Shown in pieces: positions 1 to 7,005 of a stretch of DNA of 35,972 bases (positions are counted from its first letter, which is position 1; the number at the start of each line of letters is the position of its first letter). Below the pieces are notes generated by a model, which was given only the letters and a program-made list of their open reading frames with translations, was not told the DNA's origin and made no database searches. The stretch is from positions 1 to 35,972 of IMG/VR virus record IMGVR_UViG_3300032212_000701; one strand, written 5' to 3'. A program made the position numbers and the translations under genes. The stretch comes from a virus. Lineage: Duplodnaviria; Caudoviricetes.

Positions 1-1
1 T

Positions 2-370
2 CTAACTAAGGCTGAGAAAAATTTGATTTCCGAATTCGAATTATCCTTGAGCGAATTACCAAGCTCCGATCCAGTTAGGGAGCGGTTTAATTCTATGGGG
101 GGCCTACTAAGTCACGAGGCGCAAACCTCACTCTTATACCGACTGGTAGTCATGAATTATCTTGGTGCCGCAAAGATAGCGAGGGACAACGGGAGAGCTG
201 TCAAACCAGAAAGCTTGGTATGGCTTACACAAGTCATTAATAAATCAGTAGACTGGTCAGAGCAAGCCATTGATCACTATGAGTTAGAAAGCATTACAAG
301 TGAATTGAACAGAAATATTGTTAGGTTCTTTGAATCATTCGGAATTAGAAATGCAAACCAGAGGGCGTAA
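2..370 (+). CDS. 5'-truncated hypothetical protein (possible moron), convergent with the leftward genes
   Basis: Frame is open from base 2 to the stop at 370. No family recognised. Confidence 0.55.
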   Translation, partial: LTKAEKNLISEFELSLSELPSSDPVRERFNSMGGLLSHEAQTSLLYRLVVMNYLGAAKIARDNGRAVKPESLVWLTQVINKSVDWSEQAIDHYELESITSELNRNIVRFFESFGIRNANQRA

Positions 371-406
371 ATCTGAGATACAACTACCCGCCCTTCAATA
401 AATTCA

Positions 407-631
407 TTAAATCAATTGCTTGAAGGAACTGACTGGCGAGCGCCAGGGGATTATATGAACGATATCCGCGCCATATTCCAACGATTTAAGTCTGTTTTTC
501 TCGCGTTCTGTTACTACGTGCGCGCACAATAGTGCGAGCAGCGCCCCCGTGGTGCCGGTCTTTTCTGCAATCCGTGCAACAACATCTCCGGGTAAACCAG
601 CATACGAGGGGAATGGTGTGATTGAGCCCAT
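407..631 (-). CDS. Small hypothetical protein downstream of cI
   Basis: 74-aa ORF with ATG preceded by CAGGGGGA (SD-like), in the same orientation as cI. Confidence 0.5.
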   Translation of the reverse strand: MGSITPFPSYAGLPGDVVARIAEKTGTTGALLALLCAHVVTEREKNRLKSLEYGADIVHIIPWRSPVSSFKQLI

Positions 632-788
632 GAATCCCCCTGATTGTTTTGTAAACGTTTTTCAAAACCGCATCAGGACGGCTCAGGTTTGCATGCGCTA
701 TCACGTGTGGCCTGAGAAAGAGGTATGAACAATATTGGTTATTGTGTGCGGTGTATGTGATTTATAACACATATAGTTTACATGGTTT

Positions 789-1349
789 TTAGGCGTGGCG
801 TTTGGTGGTTTTTTTAGTGGTTCCGGGTTTTGGTTTTGCCTCTGTGAATTCATCCAGCGCACCGGACTGGATAATCTGCTGGGCTTCTTTTACGGCCGCA
901 GCTATCTGGTGGTCTTTGTATTTACCCAGGGTGATGGCGCTGCATGCCGTTGCGAAGCTTTCTGCTTGTTGTAGCTGTTGTTCGACCATGCCACGTAGGG
1001 CTGGGGGGAGGGCATCAAAGCGGGTGGCGATGGACTGAGCATCTGGGGATATAGTGCTGTAGTTTGCAGCTGGTTCATTGGCGCCTTGTTGGCGGTATTT
1101 TGGTTCAGTGCCGTCACGCAGCCATGGTGTCATAACCCCTAGCCATAGCGCTATTTTGTCCTGTATTTCTGGTTTTGGCATTGACTGACCAGATAGCCAT
1201 TTTCGCGCAGATTCAAGCGACCTTACACCTGCTGCTTCTTTTAGGGGTTTTGGATCTGCACCCAATGCTGATCTTGGAGCAGTGTACCCTTGCTCAGTCA
1301 TTTCCTGGCTTAGTCTTTTGCCAAACGCTTTCCGTGAAGAATTACTCAT
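789..1349 (-). CDS. CI-like XRE-family repressor without a C-terminal S24 peptidase domain
   Basis: N-terminal HTH (FGKRL...SARKWLSGQSMP...IALWLGV..WLRDG), divergent from the cro-like gene. Start moved to the ATG at 1349 (MSNSSRK). Confidence 0.85.
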   Translation of the reverse strand: MSNSSRKAFGKRLSQEMTEQGYTAPRSALGADPKPLKEAAGVRSLESARKWLSGQSMPKPEIQDKIALWLGVMTPWLRDGTEPKYRQQGANEPAANYSTISPDAQSIATRFDALPPALRGMVEQQLQQAESFATACSAITLGKYKDHQIAAAVKEAQQIIQSGALDEFTEAKPKPGTTKKTTKRHA

Positions 1350-1355
1350 AGCCGA

Positions 1356-1384
1356 AGTGTATAGATACCACCAAAAGTGGTAAA
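1356..1384 (-). promoter_or_regulatory. PRM-like promoter giving a leaderless cI mRNA
   Basis: Minus strand reads TTTACC-N17-TACACT-N6-ATG, with no SD before the ATG. Confidence 0.5.
1366..1382. promoter_or_regulatory. 17-bp operator
   Basis: TACCAC-CAAAA-GTGGTA palindrome between cI and cro. Confidence 0.8.
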
Positions 1385-1398
1385 TTCTATAATTGGTG

Positions 1399-1427
1399 TT
1401 GCAGTATCCCACTTTCGGTGGTATAAA
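1399..1427 (+). promoter_or_regulatory. PR-like sigma70 promoter
   Basis: TTGCAG-N17-TATAAA, 8 nt upstream of the cro ATG. Confidence 0.65.
1407..1423. promoter_or_regulatory. 17-bp operator
   Basis: TCCCAC-TTTCG-GTGGTA, an inverted near-copy of the 1366-1382 site, lying mostly in the PR spacer. Confidence 0.8.
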
Positions 1428-1435
1428 TTTGCGCC

Positions 1436-1723
1436 ATGACAATATCAAAATTGAATCCTGTACAAGAGGCCGTCAAGTTTTTAGGTGGGCCAAGTGCCGT
1501 ACTTCGACTCACAGAGAAGCACGATAGCGTGATAGCTCTAAAGAACCCTTGGGCGGTTACTAAGTGGGGTGAGTTTGGTCTGCCAGATAAATGGATCATC
1601 TGGCTGGAAAGTCGCGTAGCTGAAAAAGCGAAAGAAGAGGGTGTTGATATGACCCACCTGACCCGCCGTAGTTTCCGCCCCGAGTTATACCCACCTGAAG
1701 ACCCGGCCGAATCTGCCGCATGA
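1436..1723 (+). CDS. Cro/YdaS-like regulator
   Basis: AVKFLGGPSAV...AVTKW and C-terminal FRPELY motifs, divergent from cI. Confidence 0.75.
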   Translation: MTISKLNPVQEAVKFLGGPSAVLRLTEKHDSVIALKNPWAVTKWGEFGLPDKWIIWLESRVAEKAKEEGVDMTHLTRRSFRPELYPPEDPAESAA

Positions 1724-1745
1724 ATGCGCTTGCCCTTTTTCCTCG

Positions 1746-1794
1746 CCCAGCACACCAATTTCTACCACCACCCTGTGTGGTGTGCTGGGTTTTT
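1746..1794 (+). terminator. Hairpin plus U-tract after cro (tR1-like)
   Basis: 12-bp perfect stem CCCAGCACACCA/TGGTGTGCTGGG followed by TTTTT. Confidence 0.55.
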
Positions 1795-1795
1795 A

Positions 1796-1834
1796 AACCG
1801 CGTTTACGCCCCCCATGTGAGCGCGGTTCTTTTT
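1796..1834 (+). terminator. Second hairpin plus U-tract
   Basis: AACCGCGTTTAC/GTGAGCGCGGTT stem (2 GU pairs) followed by CTTTTT. Confidence 0.55.
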
Positions 1835-1916
1835 GATTTTTAAACATCTGGTGATGGTGCTGGATTAAGCGCGTTTTTTCATCACCACTAATTGTGATTT
1901 TTGAGTGAGGTGAAAT

Positions 1917-2123
1917 ATGAGTTATTGCAATCGCATTTTAACCGCCATGAAACAGCAGTGTATTTACCGTCCCTGTGATCTTCAGGGCGCGACTGGCTTA
2001 CCAACCGGTGAGATTAAGAAAACCCTCGATGTAATGGCCAAGGGGGGGGTAGTGGAAACCATTCGTGGTGACGGCTATCGTCGGAAAAAGCTTTACCAAA
2101 CGAAACAGAAATCACTTTTTTAG
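1917..2123 (+). CDS. Small winged-helix-like protein ending in QKSLF
   Basis: 68 aa with a DLQGATGLPTGEIKKTL..M.KGGVVE wHTH pattern and SD GAGG. Confidence 0.65.
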   Translation: MSYCNRILTAMKQQCIYRPCDLQGATGLPTGEIKKTLDVMAKGGVVETIRGDGYRRKKLYQTKQKSLF

Positions 2124-2134
2124 GAGACAACAAT

Positions 2135-2269
2135 ATGCCTGATTTTTCTGAATATTTTTTGCCTTATGTGTTGATGGTGACTGGCCTTGCGGGTGTTTTT
2201 GCGACGTTGATTGTGACGAGTGACCCGCGTAAGAGCTGGTTGTTTGGGCGTCGTTCTAAGAGTGAGTGA
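2135..2269 (+). CDS. 44-aa single-pass membrane protein (not in ORF track)
   Basis: SD AGGAG, then MPDFSEYFLPYVLMVTGLAGVFATLIVTSDPRKSWLFGRRSKSE. Confidence 0.55.
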   Translation: MPDFSEYFLPYVLMVTGLAGVFATLIVTSDPRKSWLFGRRSKSE

Positions 2270-2281
2270 GGAGATTTTAGT

Positions 2282-3016
2282 TTGAGCGTTCAAGCAATGA
2301 GCTGGGTAATTGACAATTCTCAAGCCAGTAGCGGTAGTTTGGTTGTGTTGTTGATGATCGCTAATCACTGCAACAAAGATGGCTATGGTGGTTGGGTGGG
2401 GTACGAGACTCTGGCAAAAGAGAGTCGAATGACACGCCGAAACGTGATGAATTGTGTTGGCAATTTGGAGAAATTAGGCGAGTTAAAAGTGGAGGTTGGC
2501 AAGGGGCCACATCGCACAAATCTTTACTCATTACCGATGATGCAGGGGGGTGAAATATTTTCATCCCCAGATGGTGAAAATATTTCACGGGGGGGTGAAA
2601 TCCACGACACCAAGATGGTGAAGCCCACTTCACCCAAACCGTCTTTTAAACCGTCTATTAAAAATATAAATAATAAACCGGGGGAGATTTTACAATTACT
2701 CGTCAGCGAGCGTGTGAAAAACCCAACGCGTGATTACACCCGGAAAAAAGTTTTAGAGCTGCTCGAAGCTGGGGCTACGGTTGAAGATTTTACTGAGGCA
2801 ATAAACACGGCTCGCCGTGCAACTGATGAAGGTTTTGGCATCGCCTATCTTGAAAAAATTATTAATCGATTGATCTTTGAACGTAAAAACCCAGGAGCAT
2901 CACGGAATGAAAAAAGCGGGAGATCTGGTGCCAGATATCAACCGTCGGGGGCAGACATCATCGCAGATGGGCTCCGGCGCGCGCAGGAAGCCGCAGCGGA
3001 AAGTGATGACGCCTAG
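2282..3016 (+). CDS. Phage replication initiator (N-terminal HTH, lambda O analogue)
   Basis: MSVQAMSW...VLLMIAN...ETLAKESRMTRRNV...NLYSL pattern, internal iterons, DnaD-like AYLEKII near the C-terminus, SD GAGGAG. Confidence 0.8.
   Translation: MSVQAMSWVIDNSQASSGSLVVLLMIANHCNKDGYGGWVGYETLAKESRMTRRNVMNCVGNLEKLGELKVEVGKGPHRTNLYSLPMMQGGEIFSSPDGENISRGGEIHDTKMVKPTSPKPSFKPSIKNINNKPGEILQLLVSERVKNPTRDYTRKKVLELLEAGATVEDFTEAINTARRATDEGFGIAYLEKIINRLIFERKNPGASRNEKSGRSGARYQPSGADIIADGLRRAQEAAAESDDA
2549..2676. repeat. Putative replication origin: four GGTGAA iterons plus AT-rich tract
   Basis: GGTGAAATATTTTCATC (2549), GGTGAAAATATTTCACG (2573), GGTGAAATCCACGACACC (2594) and GGTGAAGCCCACTTCACC (2617), then an AT-rich stretch at 2643-2676, all inside the initiator gene as in lambda. 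Confidence 0.75.
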
Positions 3017-3440
3017 CGTTGAAACCTATGCATTAGCCGCTCGGTTTACTAGCTACTGGGGGCATCGTTTTTCTGGTCGGTTTAAAAGTGCTGAGATGTA
3101 TGACGCTGCGATGATTGAGTTTGAGAAAGACCTTGCTCCGTTCGATGAGGAAATAATCGACAAGACATTTGAGCTTTGTAAGCGGGAGTTTGTGCGTGAC
3201 AACTGCCCAACGTTACCGATGTTTCTTGAGCGGTGTCGGTGTGTACAGAAGCAGAGCAGCCCTGTCGGCGGCGGTGGTGCGAATTTAAAGCCGATTGACC
3301 CGCATAAGTTTGTTGCTGGACGGAATGCATTCAGGCAAAGAGCAAAAGAGTTGTTTCCCCACAAGCTTAGTCATTTTGAAGAGGATGATGAGACCACGCC
3401 GGACTGGGTGAAAAAAAGAGCAACCGGGGGTGCTGCATGA
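3006..3440 (+). CDS. Replication protein P-like helicase loader
   Basis: YWGHRFSGRF...CPTLPMFLERCR pattern directly after the initiator. Start moved to the ATG at 3006. Confidence 0.6.
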   Translation: MTPSVETYALAARFTSYWGHRFSGRFKSAEMYDAAMIEFEKDLAPFDEEIIDKTFELCKREFVRDNCPTLPMFLERCRCVQKQSSPVGGGGANLKPIDPHKFVAGRNAFRQRAKELFPHKLSHFEEDDETTPDWVKKRATGGAA

Positions 3441-3670
3441 GGGCTTCTAACCGACCACAGTCAATACTTACTCCCACCGAGCGCGCAGCTGAAGAGCTAC
3501 GTGAAAATGAGAAATATCATAATGCTAATGCAGAATGCTTTAAGTGTGTGAATGGTTGCAAGGTGTTTGAGTTGTGGGTTTGTGAATCGAATTTGGAATG
3601 GCCGTGGTGTAAGCAATATGCTGGCGGCTATTTTGTTAATGAAAACCCAGTTCCACGTGAAACTCTATGA
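3437..3670 (+). CDS. Small Cys-rich hypothetical protein
   Basis: CxxCxxxC...C...C, with ATGA overlaps on both sides. Confidence 0.6.
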   Translation: MRASNRPQSILTPTERAAEELRENEKYHNANAECFKCVNGCKVFELWVCESNLEWPWCKQYAGGYFVNENPVPRETL

Positions 3671-4137
3671 ACCCTATATACGTAGTCTCAAAGTTATCGC
3701 CGAAGACAACGGCATTTAATTCTAGTGGTGGTGTTGCGGAGTATGACCAGGCGTTGTGTGCGGCGTTGACCAAAGGGGTGAAGCCTAAGCACCTGAATGC
3801 GTTTAAGTTGAAATATTGCCATGACTACACCTGCGCTTATGACCTTGGTTTGCAGCTATGGGATGAGGCATTGATGATCGCATCACGTGAGGGGTGGCAT
3901 CGGCCAAAAGGTAAAGAATGCGTGCGGCGTATGGCTGACCTTGCGATTGCCGAGGTGGCATTGCCGCGGTATTTCAACAGCGATGTGGCGCGGGCTGCAT
4001 TTGTTGGAATGGAGAAAACACGCTGGCACCGCATCGGTAGGCATCAGTATGAGCTGGTTTATCTGGCGTTTGAAGAATGGTGCAGTGAGGCGTTTCGGGT
4101 GATTTTAGATAACCAGCGGGGGGATGAGAGTGATTGA
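3667..4137 (+). CDS. Q-like late antiterminator (phage 82 Q-type)
   Basis: LKYC...RMADLAIAE...SDVARAAFVGM...W...Y pattern, at the end of the early-right operon upstream of a promoter-terminator pair. Confidence 0.65.
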   Translation: MNPIYVVSKLSPKTTAFNSSGGVAEYDQALCAALTKGVKPKHLNAFKLKYCHDYTCAYDLGLQLWDEALMIASREGWHRPKGKECVRRMADLAIAEVALPRYFNSDVARAAFVGMEKTRWHRIGRHQYELVYLAFEEWCSEAFRVILDNQRGDESD

Positions 4138-4387
4138 AGTGTCAGGAAAACCTCAATTTGTGAGAGAGCCTGCTGATGCGGTTTCAGTTCATGAAGAGAT
4201 CAGGCAGCGCATGATTCAAGCGATTATTGAAACGAGAGAGGCCGTGGCTAATAAACTGATTGATCAAGGGCATTCTCCAGCGGTGGTGAGGCTTCACGAG
4301 GATACAACCTTTGATCAAAAGCGGGGTGTTTGGACTTACAGTTGCACCCCTATTTTTTTGTATTCAGGAAAAGAGGCAACAAAATGA
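4124..4387 (+). CDS. Hypothetical protein
   Basis: 87-aa ORF overlapping the end of Q. Confidence 0.55.
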   Translation: MRVIEVSGKPQFVREPADAVSVHEEIRQRMIQAIIETREAVANKLIDQGHSPAVVRLHEDTTFDQKRGVWTYSCTPIFLYSGKEATK

Positions 4388-4410
4388 TGAATGATCGCAA
4401 ACCTACACCA

Positions 4411-4437
4411 ACTGTCGGCCGCTGTCGGCCGTTGTCG
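4411..4437. repeat. 10-bp-period direct repeat upstream of the recombinase
   Basis: ACTGTCGGCC-GCTGTCGGCC-GTTGTCG. Confidence 0.7.
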
Positions 4438-4445
4438 TAACTTAG

Positions 4446-5069
4446 ATGCGCGGATCTAGGCCGTTAAGCGTTGACGAGGTGGCGCGGGTTCGTGATGCCT
4501 TTAGTGGCAAGCTGGCACGGCGTAATATGGCGCTGTTTTTGTTGGGCGCTAATACCGGGTTTCGGGTTTCTGAGCTGTTGTCGCTTCGGCTGGGCGATGT
4601 GATGGAAGAGGACGGCACCATCAAAGATCGTTTAACGGTGAGCCGTCGAAACATGAAGGGCAAGAAAAGCAGCCGCAATGTGATGTTGAACGCGCATGGT
4701 CAAAAAGGGATGGTGCCGTGGTTGTTGGAGCTGGGTGAACGTGAGGTGGTGCATAAGGATGATTTTCTTTTCTTCAGCGGGCGAGACACTGGGCGGGCAA
4801 TAGGTCGCTCCCAGGCATGGCGCGTGCTCACCCGGACATATAAGGCGTGCGGCTTGAAAGGAAAGCTAGGCACCCATGCGATGCGTAAGACCTTTGCCAA
4901 TAATATCTATAATCACCTGCTTTCGCGGGTGGCTGCAGGTGAAGCGATCGACGCATTCCGGGCGACCAGCAAGGCGCTTGGCCATGCGGACATTAAGAGC
5001 ACGGACCAGTATTTGTCTTTTCTGGTCGCCGATATCGATATGAGTATTAATTGTGTGGGAGTAGGCTGA
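4446..5069 (+). CDS. Tyrosine recombinase, catalytic domain only (207 aa)
   Basis: Full catalytic set: GFRVSEL (R), MKGKK (K), HAMRK (HxxR), LGH and TDQY (Y). No arm-binding or SAM-like N-terminal domain. Confidence 0.92.
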   Translation: MRGSRPLSVDEVARVRDAFSGKLARRNMALFLLGANTGFRVSELLSLRLGDVMEEDGTIKDRLTVSRRNMKGKKSSRNVMLNAHGQKGMVPWLLELGEREVVHKDDFLFFSGRDTGRAIGRSQAWRVLTRTYKACGLKGKLGTHAMRKTFANNIYNHLLSRVAAGEAIDAFRATSKALGHADIKSTDQYLSFLVADIDMSINCVGVG

Positions 5070-5266
5070 TGGCTAAAAAACAAGAGGGAATGGTGACGCC
5101 AAAAGCGGCGGCTGAGTTCCTTGGCATTTCGGTCCGGTCGTTGGAGCGTTACGCTGATGACTCGGATAAGCCAATTGTGGCGGTGAAATATTCGCGGTCT
5201 TCCGTGCGGTATGACATGGATGAGTTGGTGAAATTTAAAGAGCAGTGCCGGGTGGTGAAGGTGTGA
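5069..5266 (+). CDS. Excisionase/AlpA-like HTH protein (65 aa)
   Basis: TPKAAAEFLGISVRSLERY...VRYDMDEL, translationally coupled (TGATG) to the recombinase. Confidence 0.8.
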   Translation: MAKKQEGMVTPKAAAEFLGISVRSLERYADDSDKPIVAVKYSRSSVRYDMDELVKFKEQCRVVKV

Positions 5267-5470
5267 GAACAGGAAAAGAGTTGGCTTTAATCGCTATGCG
5301 AAAAGAATTTCAATTGCTCTCTAAAAAAAGCAGAGCGAGCGAAAGCTGACAGGATTCTGAAAAAGGACTTGATAAAGTTAATTGACAAGCAGAGTGACGC
5401 TGAAATAAGCAGAGATAGTTTAGGGGGTGAAATTTCGATGATGGAATATGTGCATCGAGTGAGCGCTTAA
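5263..5470 (+). pseudogene. Probable 68-aa ORF frameshifted at an A7 tract
   Basis: GTGA overlap with the upstream gene. Deleting one A at 5323-5329 gives a continuous frame to TAA 5470. Confidence 0.4.
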
Positions 5471-5479
5471 ACTGAGGGC

Positions 5480-5508
5480 TTGACACAACTGCAACAAAAG
5501 CGCACCAT
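5480..5508 (+). promoter_or_regulatory. pR'-like late promoter
   Basis: Consensus TTGACA-N17-CACCAT (weak -10), about 45 nt upstream of a strong terminator. Confidence 0.55.
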
Positions 5509-5553
5509 TTTCCCTAGTGTTTGAAAACTACACCTGAAAATTAATGAATTCCC

Positions 5554-5583
5554 AAAACCTCGCCCATTCGGCGGGGTTTTTTT
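5554..5583 (+). terminator. tR'-like intrinsic terminator
   Basis: AAAACCTCGCC-CATTC-GGCGGGG followed by T7. Confidence 0.8.
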
Positions 5584-5610
5584 ATGCCCGCGAATCAGCA
5601 AGGAGCCTTT

Positions 5611-6153
5611 GTGGATAGAGTATTTCATCATTTCACCACGCTGGCGTGTGCTGCTCAAATCATCGATGAGGGCATTCGACTGGGGCGGATGATCCAGGTA
5701 GTCGAGCAAGGCTATGTGCAGATGAATGGTTATCAGTGGCTGACAACCGACAATGATTATGATCAGGCATGGGCTGCGCAATCGCCACAACTGCGCGGTA
5801 GAACAGAAGTGCGACTGTCTGTTGTGGTGCCTGCGCTGGAGTTTAACAACCTGAAGCATTGGGTAGATATTTGTGGTGATGATGATCTAGCGGCGGCACT
5901 GAAAGAACAGGGCGGCTGTGATAGTTGGTGGTTGTTTAAGGGCGTCATCCCGCCAGAATGGATTAAAGCGGTACTAAGCCACGAAGACTTTGCGAAGGGC
6001 GAGCCCGGTTGGTCTGAGCTGTGCGCCTGCGGAGCTATCCCCACGCAAAAAATGATGAACGGTAAGGCGCTGGACATGGCCGAGGATGTTTGTGATGCCT
6101 GTTATAGCGAGAAATTTAAAGCGAAGATGTTACGCACCGGTGGTTTGCACTGA
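5611..6153 (+). CDS. Putative ADP-ribosyltransferase-fold protein with C-terminal Cys cluster
   Basis: SD AAGGAG before GTG 5611. Motifs FHHFT...IIDEGI, WLTT and WLFKGVIPPEWI, with a CxC...CxxC tail. Confidence 0.5.
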   Translation: MDRVFHHFTTLACAAQIIDEGIRLGRMIQVVEQGYVQMNGYQWLTTDNDYDQAWAAQSPQLRGRTEVRLSVVVPALEFNNLKHWVDICGDDDLAAALKEQGGCDSWWLFKGVIPPEWIKAVLSHEDFAKGEPGWSELCACGAIPTQKMMNGKALDMAEDVCDACYSEKFKAKMLRTGGLH

Positions 6154-6362
6154 TGAGCGAAGGGAAGAGCGTTCATCTTCTTCAGGCGGTGCATAACATG
6201 CCTGACGATATCAAACACGCAGCGGATACGGTGGGCATTGGCATTACTGTTGGTGCGATCTTCGATTATCTGCCAGAGGCAACCGCCTTACTCACGTTTG
6301 TGTGGTTGTTAATTCGCATTTACGAAACAGAGACGGTTCAGAAGCTGTTTGGTAAAGCGTGA
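6153..6362 (+). CDS. Putative holin
   Basis: 69 aa with two hydrophobic segments and the ending WLLIRIYETETVQKL, early in the late operon. Confidence 0.6.
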   Translation: MSEGKSVHLLQAVHNMPDDIKHAADTVGIGITVGAIFDYLPEATALLTFVWLLIRIYETETVQKLFGKA

Positions 6363-6390
6363 GATGTAATGATGTGTAGGAACCCCCGAT

Positions 6391-7005
6391 ATGGCACCCC
6401 CGAAAAAGAAAGCAGCCAAAAAGAAGGCAGCGCCTAAGAAGCGGGCTGTCCGGAAGAAAGCGGCACCCAAAGCGAAAGTACCAGCGAAGAAAGGTAGGCC
6501 TTCGGATTTTACGCCGGAGCTGGGCGAAGAGTTGTGTTTACGGCTGATTCACAGCCAGTCGGTGCGTGAAGTTTGTGAAGCTGTGGATATGCCGAACAAG
6601 TCGACCGTGTTTCGTTGGCTGCTGAAGAGCGAGCAAGAAAACGCCTCACCAGAGTTAATAACATTCCGCGACCAGTACGTGCGCGCGAATAAGATGCGGG
6701 CCGAGTATCGGGCCGATCAGCTTGAGTATGATCTGAAAGATTATGCTATGTCTGAAGTGTTAAACGCTGAAGGGAAACCAGTTAAAGGCGCAGATGGTAA
6801 GCCTTTGAGAGTTATGACGAAAGAGGGAAATCAGTTTGCCAAAATTATGCTTGATGCATTCAAGTGGCGGACGGGTAAAGAGCACGCTAAGAAGTACGGT
6901 GATAAAACCCAGATGGAACATAGCGGCGAAATCAAAACGCCCAATGTATTGGTGGTACCAGGGCGAAAGTCGGTTGACGAATGGCAGGACAACGAGGAGC
7001 AGTAA
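6391..7005 (+). CDS. terS: Terminase small subunit (Sf6-like) with Lys/Ala/Pro-rich N-tail
   Basis: GRPSDFTPEL..ELC..L...SVREVC...MPNKSTVFRWL and KKYGDK..MEHSG motifs, immediately upstream of terL. Confidence 0.88.
   Translation: MAPPKKKAAKKKAAPKKRAVRKKAAPKAKVPAKKGRPSDFTPELGEELCLRLIHSQSVREVCEAVDMPNKSTVFRWLLKSEQENASPELITFRDQYVRANKMRAEYRADQLEYDLKDYAMSEVLNAEGKPVKGADGKPLRVMTKEGNQFAKIMLDAFKWRTGKEHAKKYGDKTQMEHSGEIKTPNVLVVPGRKSVDEWQDNEEQ

Noticed and set aside
1350-1448. N-terminal extension of CI given in the ORF track
   Set aside because: It overlaps the operators, the promoters and the cro start. The ATG at 1349 fits the HTH boundary.
4446-5069. The prophage's main integrase
   Set aside because: Too short, lacks arm-binding and core-binding N-domains, and is far from att. 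Not fully excluded without the left flank.
5321-5330. A_AAA_AAG programmed -1 frameshift
   Set aside because: The heptamer is not in the required phase, and joining the two halves needs +1, not -1.
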